Shown piece after piece: positions 23,962-35,399 of a stretch of DNA of 59,639 nt. The stretch is taken from positions 1 to 59,639 of the forward strand of contig DF237488.1 of NCBI GenBank assembly GCA_000708835.1. The letters run 5' to 3'. Below the pieces are notes generated by a model. It did not search any database, was not told the origin of the DNA, and was given only the letters and a program-made list of their open reading frames with translations. The position numbers were made by a program, and so were the translations under genes. Numbering within the stretch: position 1 is the first letter of the stretch; each line of letters starts with the position of its first letter. Origin of the DNA: Klebsormidium nitens (Eukaryota; Plantae; Klebsormidiophyceae).

Positions 23962-24777
23962 ATGGCGTCTGAACACAATTCTCCAGCTGACTACTCTCTG
24001 GAGAAGCAAGCAGAGGACATTAACGCCGTAGGTTCATTTCTTGCTCAAAGGGACGTTCCAGAGCTGATTACCAAGACCGCGCAAGCGGACTTCATCATTC
24101 TGGCCGGCAGCGCCTTGCCATGTACAGCGGAGATTGCGGCAGAGGCAATTCACAACGGTGTTGCTAAGGAGCTTTTGATTACAGGGGGAACAGGCCACTC
24201 AACCGCACCCCTCTACGCTGCTGTCAAAAGGGTGCCCAAATTGGCACATCTAGAGGTAGCAGGTCAAACGGAAGCTGAGGTTCTGCGGCGGATAGTCACG
24301 GAGGTATGCCATGTTCCAAATGAGAAAGTCATGCTGGAGACGAAGTCTCTCAATTGTAGTGAGAACGCTTCCAAGAGTATTGAGCTTCTCGCCACTCAAG
24401 GGAGGGACCATGTGAAAGCCATTCTGATCCAAGATCCGACTATGCAGCGGAGAACAATGGCAAGCTTCCATAAGCACTTAGAGCACCGAGAGGATATACA
24501 GATGCAAGTCATCAGCTTTGCGCCGTTCATTCCGGTTGTTGAGGTGCAGTCAGACAGTAAGGGGTTCCAGTTCAGTGATCAAATGGAGGCACTGCAACCA
24601 ATATGGTCCGTGGAACATTACACTGCTCTGATCATGGGAGACATGTTGCGGTTGCACGACACTGAGCAGGGGTACGGGCCTCGTGGTAAGGGCTTCATTG
24701 GCCATGTGGCTGTGCCTGACCATATTCTGGAAGCTTACTCTAGATTAGCGTCTGTTTTCCAAGCAAGGAGTCTATGA
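23962..24777 (+). CDS. ydcF: Intronless YdcF-like (DUF218) protein, ~271 aa
   Basis: Motifs IILAGSA, LITGGTGHST, ETKSLNCSENA, LIQDPTMQRRT and LRLHDTEQGYGPRGKGFI resemble enterobacterial YdcF as recalled. First ATG is at 23962 (the ORF track starts at an upstream TTG). Confidence 0.85.
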   Translation: MASEHNSPADYSLEKQAEDINAVGSFLAQRDVPELITKTAQADFIILAGSALPCTAEIAAEAIHNGVAKELLITGGTGHSTAPLYAAVKRVPKLAHLEVAGQTEAEVLRRIVTEVCHVPNEKVMLETKSLNCSENASKSIELLATQGRDHVKAILIQDPTMQRRTMASFHKHLEHREDIQMQVISFAPFIPVVEVQSDSKGFQFSDQMEALQPIWSVEHYTALIMGDMLRLHDTEQGYGPRGKGFIGHVAVPDHILEAYSRLASVFQARSL

Positions 24778-25417
24778 TCAATCATGGGAGAACCTTATTC
24801 ACCGTACGTCTTCTAAGAATCATGTGGGCACTTTTCAGGACTGTTTGCTGCGATAATCTTCTGATATGAAAGCTGAGATCCTACTATCTCTTTGGCTGTG
24901 TCTTCCATCGTTCTGCAGCTTGCTATGTGCGGCTGCCATAAATGTCCGAAAAGCAATGTAGAACTCTACAAATTGCATGAGGCGGGCGACCTGGGCATCT
25001 GAATCTCTTGGTGATTGACAATGAATGCAACTCACAAATGATGACGCCCATGTTTGAACATGCCCATGAGGCTATATATACGGAAGCATCATTGTTACAA
25101 TCATTAGATTTATACATGAATGCTGAGTGCATGATACTTGAATTATTGGTCTCAGATCATGGCATGTGAGTTACACTAGCTCGCGATCCGGCCAGCCCTT
25201 GGCCTAGCTGAGTACGACATGTGTATAGCTACATGCATATATGATTTTTCAGCTAGCATGCATGGCGCTCATTATTCAGCTATTATACTCTAAACCAATA
25301 GAAGCACCGGCCATACATGACATGGAGATGCACAACCGTCGCGATTTCAACGGCACGTACCACTGCCATGCAATGCATGTGTACTCCTGTGCTGCCATGC
25401 AATACTTGTGTACTCCT

Positions 25418-25451
25418 GTACTCCTGTGCGACACGTGTCGCACAGGAGTAC
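25418..25451. repeat. 34-bp perfect palindrome within short GTACTCCTGT repeats
   Basis: gtactcctgtgcgacac|gtgtcgcacaggagtac is its own reverse complement. Further tgtactcctgt units lie at ~25380 and ~25409. Confidence 0.95.
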
Positions 25452-25914
25452 CGGGTCACAGCCATGGCCTGTCATGACGGAGTCGGACGGCGGCGGGACA
25501 TGACAGCGTCAGGCATCACAACTTGTAGAAATGAGCTTCATCAGTAATGCAGCACCGCCTCGCCTGACAGCCACTGAGTGCGAATCTGATCGCGGCCATC
25601 TTCGAAACGTCAGTAGGCATATGATCAAGTGGATCAAACGGATCACCGTTTGATGAAGCTGCGGCTTCCTCTCCCGTTCATCATGCTGTGCTTGGGCCTT
25701 GCTTCGACCAGGCAGCAAAGATGGTCATATCGGAGGCCGAAGGCCGGTAGCTTACTCTAAGTTGTGCTGTCTGCACACTGGACTTGGAAGCGGGCAAGCT
25801 CTCAAGAGTCTTTGTTTCGGTTGCGCACCGATGTCTTCATACGTCTTCATACGTAAGTGCTACCGGCCGATGGGCAGTTTGAGCGTGTCTTTGACACCGA
25901 AGCCCAGAAGCTAT

Positions 25915-28900
25915 TCATCTCTTTCGACGACTCAGTCGATACGTCCCGAATTTATTTTTAGCAGCACTCCACCCCGGGACGTAGAAGGCCCTGGAGAGGG
26001 CTGGCGACTTCGCCGCATCCAGAAAAGGTCTTTCTGCGACAACCTGCAGGAGGATGTTGGGAGTTGGCAGAATGTTTTGCAAGGCTCGTTGTTTTGGGGT
26101 TTCACCGCGCTCGCCTGCTCTATCAAAGATCAAGATCTCTGCTGTGCTCCTACTGACGATCACCATAGTAGATATCCGCAGGCGGATGTCTGATGTGTTC
26201 TTGATTATTGAATATTGACATCGGAGAACGTCAGTGATCGTCCTTGGTACACTTCTGCAGGGAATCAGAGTGTACAAACAAAACAGGGTTTGGGAAAGGT
26301 TTACGCGACCATATGGGCGCTGCAGAGTAAGAAGCGTTATCTATCCGAGCCTTATAAGCCCATTATATTCAATTTACTATTAGCAACCTAGACGCAATAA
26401 GAACGACATAGATCGTCTTCTTATTGGCATTTCAGGCTCAATGGCTTGCCCGTTCCACTTGCGCAGCCCGCAGAAAGGTTTGCGTCTCGACAGTAGCAAG
26501 CGGAGTCAGCAGTCGTCGGGAACCACGTTTCAAACAAGTCAAGTTGCATAGTGCCCGTCCCGTCGGGACACACCATTCTTAGTTTCCGAGGAAGCCCTTC
26601 TCGAAGTCCGTTTGCATCCCCGGATCGAGCTAGATCAAAACCATCCTTACCTCCCACAAGTCGTCATCGTCCCTCCCACCCTCCCCTTTCCGGCGAAAGT
26701 CCACCCGGTAGTCGCACCTACTTTGGTCGCTCAAAAACTGTCCCGGGCTGGCCCGGTTCCTGTCATTGAAGTACCCCGGTCTTGCTCTCGTTCCTCCGGC
26801 CGTTCCGTTAAACGGAAACGGCAGTAAACCCCCAAACCCCTCATCCAGAAACGCTAACCTATGCTCAGAAGACGGCAGGAAAAAGGACCCCGGGGACCGA
26901 TACCACTCCGCCCCGACGCACACCGCGGCCCTCTCCGGGGGATAAGCTATGTGCGCAGGGGATAAGCTATGCGCGTGTCGCAGCAGGTACTCCGAGTGCG
27001 CGACCTCGGCTGTCTGGTCACCGGACATCAGTCCCGAGCGGGTGACTTCAGCCGCGTGCCTCGCTGACATCATCGCGCGTGCGTGCGCCAGCTCAGCAGG
27101 GCTTGCCAGGTGGCGGTAGATCGGGAAGGGAGCGGAGTAGTTGATAAGGAGCGACGCGGTTCGGGATGCGGAGAGTAGGAGGGTTAAGATAACCAGGCTG
27201 GTTTGGACGGCTTGGATGAGGCGGCGAAGGATCGGATGGCGGAGAATGTCTGGCAGGAAGGCTAAGGAAGCTGCGGCGGCCAGGCAGAGGAGGGGATAGA
27301 CAATGTACAGAAACCTGCATCAGAAGAGTGCGCTCAGGGTCAAAGCTTTACGACGGTCTCCCTAATGCAATTCGGTTTGTCGTTCCCCTTCACCTCGATT
27401 GGGTTCTTCTCTTGACGGGGACAAGTTTGAGAGCTTGAGTCCTTGACTCGAGATTCTTCACAGTGTAGGAAAAAAGAGAGAAGAGGGAAAAGCCTCCTGT
27501 CAAAAAGCTTCTGTTGTAAGGAATAGACTTCTCGTGCAAAGGATGACAATAATCAGACGTTCGCCGACAAACATTCACCACAAGGGACTTTGGATAAGTT
27601 CGCTGGTTAAAGTCATGGCCTTTGGAACGGTTCAGAAACAACTTATCCAGTCAATTGCATAAGCGTCGAAGGCAACCTCAGCAGAAGAAAGGACAGAGTT
27701 TCAAACAGGAAGAGCAAGAAGGGCGGGCAGCGGTGCTTCAAGAGCAGGGAACGCCTTACGCAATTGTTTACACTCTGAAGCTCCTTTGCGACACAAAAAC
27801 CTACTGTTGAAGTCGGTCTGCGCTCAGACCGAAGAAGAGGAGCCTGGATTCTGTTTTGGAAGTGACGCAGCAGAGTTCGTTTAAGGACAATTACGGCTGC
27901 AGTTCAAAAGTTCCCTCACAAAAAGACTCCATCTAGCAAACGGGAGAGAGTCACCCCCTCGCATGTAACGGAGACGGTTTTGCGCCCACCTTTCTTCCTT
28001 GTGCGGTAAACACGACATGGCCCCGAGCCATAAGTACAGCGGCGCTATCCCCACCAGCAGCCTCCCGTAACCCGGTTTCCGGGTGAGCAGAATCATAACT
28101 GGGGCGACGAGAGCCAGGGGCAGCGCGAGGTTAAAGTTGTTAACCAGGTTGCGGAGGTAAAACGAAGCCGGTTCGACGCCGTAAAGGTGTGAATCGCCCC
28201 CGCCGCCCGCGTTGTATCGAACGATATTCCAAAGGGAGACTTGCCAGGTGCCGTAGAAGAAGCGGTCGATGAGAGCGGAGGGGACCTGAAAAGGGGACAT
28301 ATGTAGTCACTAAAGCATGGCAAAGAGGGTACGCTAGTTTCATTCTGTTGCATCTTCTGGAACTGTAATCTGACGATGTTCGAAAGGAGATTGCGCCAGG
28401 CGCCGTAAACGAAGCGGTCGATGTTAGCGGAAGGGACCTGGGAACGGCTGTACATGACGTCAGCATGACGAAGGAAGACGTTCTGTGTTCGCAGGTCGTG
28501 AAGATATGTGTCCAAATGTTGCGCGGAAGGAGACTCGCCAAGCGCCTGGGAGAAACCTGGTCGACGAGCCCGGAAAGATTCTAGAATCAAGTATTGGAGA
28601 GACATTAGCGTGACAAGAGAACTGGAACGAATTGTGACGTGGCTCCCGGGCCTGCATCAAGCGACATCTGAAAATGGGACCCGCCAGCCGCCGAGTTAGT
28701 AGCAAACCACGAGTTTGCTACTAACTCGAAAATAGAAAGAACGATTCGAGAAAATAGAAAGAACGATTCGAGATGACGTAGGCTGACGAAAGATCATCCG
28801 ATAGCTTTGTCGTCATGCAAGACTTGGCTGTTTTCTCGGACGTTGTTCGAGAAAAAAACGTGCGGGGCGCCTGAAAAGATTACCAGGCAACAAGCACGAA

Positions 28901-30861
28901 AGGAGCCCGGACAAGGGACAGTCGAGAAGACGAAAGCAGGAATGAAGCCGCTTCTGTGGCTTCTTAGATGCACTTTCTTGGGATAAATCTAACGACGTTG
29001 CAAAGGAGCCAAACGTTAGAAATTGGTCGCCAAGCGCGGAGGACACCGAAAAAGGTTAAGAGAGTTGGCGAAAGCAAGGCCAGAAACCTGTCTACAAAGA
29101 AACAGGCGCTCAAAGGGGAAAGGCCTTGACCTGCAAACATCTATGGAGGAGGGGCGGTCGATGGCTGACCGGTCCACTTGGCAAAGGTTGCAACGAAGCG
29201 GAATCGTCCGAAACACTTACTCACAACAATCGCAGACAGCGTGACTTTAATTACTTGACTTGTGCTGCGATAAGCAGAGGGACGGCCAATGACTTACCAA
29301 AGTACCCAGTAAAGCGACTGCGCCTGCCGCAAACACCTTCCAGAAACCCCCGGTGAAGAGTGCGAAAAGGACGATCGGAACGGTAGCGAGGATGGAAAAG
29401 GGCCAGCCGAGGGTTACACCGGCTGCCGCGAGCGCGACAGCTGTCGCCGGGCGATTGGACAGGAGCGCGGCCGCGGACGCTGTGAGGCCGTACATGGAGA
29501 AGGTACTGGGAAGGAAAGCTGCGGCGAAGGGATGATAAGAGAGTAAGAGAACAATATCTTGACAGGAAGGAGGAGATTGTGGGCCTTTCGAGATAATGTT
29601 CAAGAAAGAAGGAAGGGGCACGAGAAGCGTGCTTCTTCGACCTGTTAAGCCCGAAGAAACGGATGCCTTGGACAAAACGAAAGTCGGATCCCCTACCCTA
29701 TTGGGATCCATTGAGCATCTGCAAGCTGAAGTGCATTATCTTCGTGACTCGTCGTTCTTCAGCCAGTTTATATTCTCAAAACGTCGTGTTGACTTGTCAA
29801 CGGGAATTGCTGATCAGATCCTCTCCGAGATGCGGTTGGTCAACAGTCACTTCGCTTGAAGAAACTCCTTCTTCACGGAGAAACGGAATCACTTGAGCAG
29901 GTCAAAGTAGGAAAGACTTACACGTGCTCGCTGTGAACGTCCCACTACCCCCAGCCAATAGCAGCGCAGTCAGCCACCCTAGGCTTCGTGACTTCATCCA
30001 CCTAGAGGCGGCCACGGCGAGCCAGGCCTCTGAGAGGGCAGAGAGAATAGCGAGCCCTAAACGGACTGCCAGGAAAGTGTATACTTTGCCAGGGCCATCG
30101 CCAAAGAGCAGAGAGGCGGGGAAGGCAATGACGGCGTGTAGGAGGAGGTAGAGGTAGGACCGAAGGCCAAATTCAGCGCTGCAAAGGGAGGATCGAAGTT
30201 TGGAAGTGGCAAAAAATAGGTGTAGAAAGATGGTACGAAGGTCTTGTTCCAGAAGAACAGAGTTCACCGGAAGCTTTTTGTTCGGGCTCGAGCAGGAATC
30301 TCGTTTGCGGGCAACAAACTTCACTTCTTCTTCAGTTGATATGGTCGGCACCATTCATCTCCTGAATATGTGTGATGAAGGGTGGGGCTTTACTGTTGCC
30401 AATCATGGGTGAAACAAACATGCCCCAACCTAACATGCCCCCAAACAGCGCTAGATCTGCTTGCAATGTGACGAGACCACCAGCTTTCCCACCCACTCAA
30501 CACCACTTCCACTCCCAGAACTTGACCAAACCATGAGAGATATTGTGACTAGCGCAAAGTTCATCTCCAGACGTGAGCAGCGACCTTACCTGTACTCCCA
30601 AGTCTGGAGTCCATACCCATGGATCAGATAGTGCAGTGGTTCCCAGTAGTTGTATGTTTCATCGCAGTCGTGGATGATGTTGAGAAAGGCACTCAAGACC
30701 TTTGACGCCAGCAAGAGAAGGAAGATTGGTGTCCAAGATACAGATTGGGTGGTCGGTTTGTCACCAAGTCTAGCTTTTGCCCCTTCCTCAGGGCTATTCT
30801 GTTCACTGGCGTCAGCAGAGGCTTTGCCTGGGAGCCGCCGGCGCACGTCGCTCGCTTTCAT
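25915..30861 (-). CDS. ALG9: Dol-P-Man alpha-1,2-mannosyltransferase ALG9 (GT22), ~612 aa. Exons 30861-30590, 30178-29922, 29518-29298, 28285-27990, 27314-26651, 26043-25915
   Basis: Exons sum to 1839 nt in frame. Motifs IIHDCDETYNYWEPLHY..GLQTWEYS, LRSYLY, FLPSTF, GWPF, EPASFYLRN, LPHKEERFL..YP, VCVGAEWYRSPGSFFLP, FND.N. Confidence 0.92.
28366..28445 (-). repeat. Intronic duplicate of the ALG9 exon-4 acceptor plus its first 72 nt
   Basis: ttcccag|GTCCCTTCCGCTAACATCGACCGCTTC... (VPSANIDRFVYGAWRNLLSNIVRL) versus the real tttcag|GTCCCCTCCGCTCTCATCGAC... (VPSALIDRFFYGTWQVSLWNIVRY), 152 nt apart. Confidence 0.9.
28692..28772. repeat. Perfect 16-bp-stem hairpin followed by a 22-bp perfect tandem duplication, in ALG9 intron 3
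   Basis: cgagttagtagcaaac-cacga-gtttgctactaactcg (28692-28728), then aaaatagaaagaacgattcgag x2 (28729-28772). Confidence 0.95.
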
Positions 30862-30987
30862 TGCCCTGCAGGAATGAGAACTCTGGTAAGGTACAGAGAG
30901 TGTCTGAGCTCATGCGATAAGCGTCAGTGAACCCGGTCAAAATTTCTAACAGGAGTTAGGACCTCACAAAGACACCTATACAGGTTG

Positions 30988-31050
30988 AAGAAGTAGAAGT
31001 AGAGGTAGAAATAGAAGTAGAAGTAGATGTAGAAGCAGAAGCAGAGAGCA
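30988..31050. repeat. Degenerate (GTAGAA)n hexamer microsatellite upstream of ALG9
   Basis: aagaagtagaagtagaggtagaaatagaagtagaagtagatgtagaagcagaagcag. Confidence 0.85.
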
Positions 31051-32837
31051 GAAACTATCCAGGTTGAAAGATTCCAAGTATGATGAGAATTCTGATGGCC
31101 AATCAGAGAGTCCAAAACACATACCTAGTCAATGTGGAGTCTTCTGATTACCACCACCAACTGTTGTGGCCAAAAGTTTCAGTCACCAGTTGTCGGGGGC
31201 AGTCGGATAAAAGTCATGGGAATCGGCAATTTTCCGTACATAAAGCAGAAGAAGTGGTCCATTGTAAAGACTGGAAGCCTCAACCATAGCCCCATGTGTG
31301 GAGAAGAATGCAGCGCTTGCCAGTATATTCTGTCGCCAATATGCAGGCACACGCTCCTGATGCGCTGGTCCTCAAAAACTCCTGAAGGAGCTAGGGCATC
31401 TTTTTTCACCAAGTCCTGTCAACTGTTTGGACACCGTTTGTGATCAACACAATGCAGACACCTTCCAGCCTTCGGAAACTATCTATTGTTCCACCACCAT
31501 CCACCACCATCTCAGACCACCAACCACATTGAGAATATGTCACGTCCTGTTGAACACGCGCCACCACTGCCCTAATTTGTTGGCCTGGAATCTGGCGAAT
31601 CGTCTGCGATTGTCCAGAGCACAGCTCAGAGTCAATTACCATGAATCTGATTTCTTCGAAGAAGTTTGAAACTCTCACCTCATGTCTGAAACAATGATCA
31701 AGTTGGTAGGGACTACCCTGGATTCGCTTATCGAACGGCCCTGAAATGGTATCCTCTTTAAAAAAGGATCTGGACGGTCGGATAGTGTTTCATATTGTCC
31801 GGTCATGGACACCCCCTTTCCTGTGCATTGCCTGCTGCAAAGAACTCTCGAGAGCTTAAAATTAAATAGCTAGGGAGGGAAATTGTTGTCAATTGTGCAG
31901 ACGGGCAACCAGCAAACGGGCAGTACAAGAGGTGGGGAATGGCCGCCCTTGAACAGCTTGTCTTGTGCAGAAAAGGGTGGACTTTGTCAAGTCTCCAGGT
32001 CACAATGAAAGTTCCAAGATAGGTATGTGATTCTGCGGACGACATTGACTATGCAATTGTGACTTGCTCTGCCCCGCGTGGGTATGTCCTGCTTGGACGA
32101 GAACCTACCTTGGGCGCGGGCCAGAGACCACAAGAATGGACCAGACTTTGCACCAGATTGGCAGCCTGGTCTTGTTCCAGATCAGAACACTCTGCGTCTC
32201 AACTGTTTTGAGCTTGAAATTGGGGTTCCAGGTCCTTGCAAGTTGGTTAACCAGGTTGTATACCGAACTTTGCAATAGTGATCATAAGCAACGTGGGGGC
32301 ACCAAAAAGGATGATGCTATTGGGTCAGAGGCACAGGACTGGGTTGTGATCGGCAATGCTGAGAGGAAGGAAGCGCAATCAAAAGCTGGCAAACGGAAAA
32401 AGGTGGGGCTCAAAACTTGTTCAAGAAAAGTCTCCAGGGCCATGTCCAGGTCTCTCATTTACTGGCGCTACTGACTGTCGGACAAATGACGGAATAAGCA
32501 AACCTGTTTCAGGGGATTCTTCGTTGGGTTACTCGCAGGGGGGACTTTTTCAAAGCAACGAAGTTCTCTCAAAGAAGTATCTTATATCCAGCCTTGTTCA
32601 AGTAGTGGCACTGCCTGTCCTTCACTATGACAATGCACTCTTCATATCATTCAGAATAAAAGAGAGGGGGAGGTAGTTGAAAGGCAGGATTGTGCCTTAC
32701 CCCCAACGTTGGTGGGGATTGTTACTCTCCTTCGCCAGAAACAGCCCTTTCTGGGCAGTGCATACAAGGCAGTTTGTTTCAAAGTGGTCTGAAGACGCGT
32801 TGAACGTCAGGTCTCGATCTCGAAACTTACTTCTCAG

Positions 32838-35399
32838 AAGGATTTTGGGGGATAGTGTCACCGGCTTGGCCTCAATTGCTCTCATTAGCGCGGCACTTAA
32901 ATTTTCTGCAGCCCGGGCGCTAGTCAGTCTCAATCTTTTATACCTCCCATTGCAGAAACCAAGCGCTCAAACCACCACGCCCGACCTTGCCACTCCCGCC
33001 AGCTCGTCGCTAGCCGCTGACAGGTCCCCATCTGGAAACGAGTCATCTTGTAAACGCGATTCAACAGCCAGACAGCCGTCTCAATCCAAAGGCGCATCAC
33101 CATCCGAAAGCTTGTGCCTGTACGAAGGAATAGTTCGGCATCACCGAGTCCACCCCGTCAGTCACTTCTTCCAGTACACCGTCCGATACGCCCTGGTCAA
33201 CCTGGACGATTGTCCAGAGTGGTTCCAGAAGTCGTCCGCCGACCTGCACATGAGCGCGGCTGAGGCGCGGGAATACGCTGGGTCGAGTGGTGCTGTGTAT
33301 CCTTGAGAACGGGCATGTCTCTCTGACTTCCGTCTCTGTGAATTCGATCAGTTTTGTTCCTGTAAATAAGGCTTTCAGTTCCTGGTGGTTCATTCACTTC
33401 CCCTGCTTTTCTTCTATTTCGATCAAAAGATTCTTTTCCTGCTGAGGGAAAAGGTCACGCAGACGCGAAAGTTGTAATCGGATTTATTCCTGGCGACTCT
33501 GAGGGCCTGTCGAAAGCTTCTAACAAGGTCGGTGTGCTATTTAAACCCGTCACCACAAACCGCTGTTCGAAATCAGGTTTTGCCATCGATCTTGGCACTG
33601 AATTTGCGAGTAGAGAGCAGGCTTTTTGAGAATGAATGACCTTCAACGGGCCTGACGATTTGCCCATCCATGCTCCGAAGAAGGCTGTGGCGCTTGTCGT
33701 CGATGGAACAGCTCGACTTTTGTGTATGTCCTTGTATATCCCGACATGCATTTGTCCCATCGAGAAGGACACTCCTCGTTCCGCTGCCCTTCCTTGACGC
33801 TTCGTCCTGCGCAGCTGGTTACTAACCAACCCGGTCAGCGTGGGTTACGAGCAGAACCCGATCAGCGTGTACTACTGCTACGAGGATCGGGATGCGCCCC
33901 CATCCGGCCTGGCGATCTGCATTGCCGAGGTGCGTTGACGAGCGCTTGGTAAACTCTCATATGTTCCCTCCTTATGCTTTTTCTTGCTTTGGATGGTAAG
34001 CTCGACCTTTGCGAGGTAGGCTTACAGTTCGCCCCGCGTTACCTGGTCTTCCCGTCTCCATAGGTTCTTACATGAAGTTTCTCTGATGCTCACGAAGAGG
34101 CCCCGCCCAAAGGGGGATGTAAATCACTCTCGCCCGATATCGTAAATCATTTTTCACTTTATTTCCTCTGGAAGTCGGTGGAGATTGCTGGGTACAGTCT
34201 GCCTCGTGCATCTACATCAGGGCTGACATCAGAATGATGACGTGGCGTCAGTCGTAGTCGAAGTGAGACGGGGGAGGCGTGTCTCTACTCCGACCAGATT
34301 GAGCCGACTTTTCTATTCGGGATTCCGTCAGTGAAGTACGACAGTGGGACTATGCCCGATGCATGCACAAACGACTTTTTTTGCAAGCCTTTCGGATCCA
34401 GAATCGAAGATCGAAATGACAATACCTCCAAACCCGGAAGCTTTTTGGGAAGCCCGACCTTGCTCAATGGTCTCGTTGCAGGTAACAAACACTCCGTGGG
34501 GAGAGCGAGTCCTCTTTACATTCGATCCGAACGGCGACCTTGTCCCCAAGCCACTGCACGTCAGCCCGTTTATGGTGAGGGGGGCGGTGTGACATTTCGT
34601 CTTCCATACCTCCATCTTGTTGTCCGTCACTCTCTGCATCTAAGTACCTGTGGACCGTTTTCTCTCTTCAGTCTTCACTTCCCCTCCTTTTCGCTCCATT
34701 GGTTCGTAGATCGCTGATTACAAAGTCTCAGGTAGTCAGCTGTGATTCGCAGATTTTGAAATGTTTTGTGCTGGATGAAGCTTCCCGTGACCCTCTGAAC
34801 GAGTTCCGGCAGCCGACATTGTCCGGATGACCAACGGCAGCTGAGAGTAGTCTGGTGGCCTGGTACATCTTTAGGAATTGGTGAGGCTTTCAATGTTAAC
34901 CTAGACCAGACTCGCTGACTCCCAGTCTTTTTTTGCGGACGGAAGTCCCACGTGGCCGGTCCTGAACTGCCACGTCACCATCTTCCTGCAGGACATGTCG
35001 AGCTCCTGGACCATAAGAGCATCCCCCCCGGGCGAGAAACTCGAGCTGACGTTCATCGCGAAGCACCCCGACCTCGGTCCGTACTTCACGGCCTCGCTGC
35101 AAGCCACGAAAGTCACTCGAGAGGTTAGACACCCGGAGGCGTTCCTCTGGCTGATGCCACACAAAACGGCGCTCTGGATCTACTGGCAAGCCTTTTGGCT
35201 ATGGTGGAAAGGTGTCGAGCCTGTTTCGCATCCGAAGTACGTTAACGGATCGGAGTATCAAATACAGGTGCTGGATAGAGCGAAGAAAGAGGAGGGGTTG
35301 GATAGAGGGGCGGCCGTTAGGAAGGAGGCCCTTCGATCGTCTGGACTCTCATGCCCGGTCTTCAAGTGGAGAAGTGCGGGAGGGCCCCCGTGGCTCTGA
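32838..35399 (+). CDS. Plant-type DUF1365 protein. Exons ~32838-33296, 33815-33929, 34482-34574, 34992-35399; start codon and first exon unresolved
   Basis: LYEGIVRHHR.HPVSHFFQY.VRYAL, SVGYEQNPISVYYCY, CIAEVTNTPWGERV, KPLHVSPFMDM, FLWLMPHK.ALWIYWQA..LWWKGV...HPKY. Junction phases are consistent. Confidence 0.85.
33297..33814 (+). other. Putative U12-type (minor spliceosome) GT-AG intron
   Basis: 5' site GTATCCTT. Branch site TTCCTTGAC at 33790-33798, 17 nt before the terminal CAG. Removing the intron restores the frame (GAV-WLLTNP). Confidence 0.8.

Noticed and set aside
30988-31149. RS-repeat (SR protein-like) peptide in one frame
   Set aside because: Preceded by an in-frame stop, no start or RRM; explained by the hexamer microsatellite.
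31080-32676. Several 70-136 aa ORFs between ALG9 and DUF1365
   Set aside because: No recognisable homology. ORF 32356-32676 could be the first DUF1365 exon by phase, but this is unsupported.
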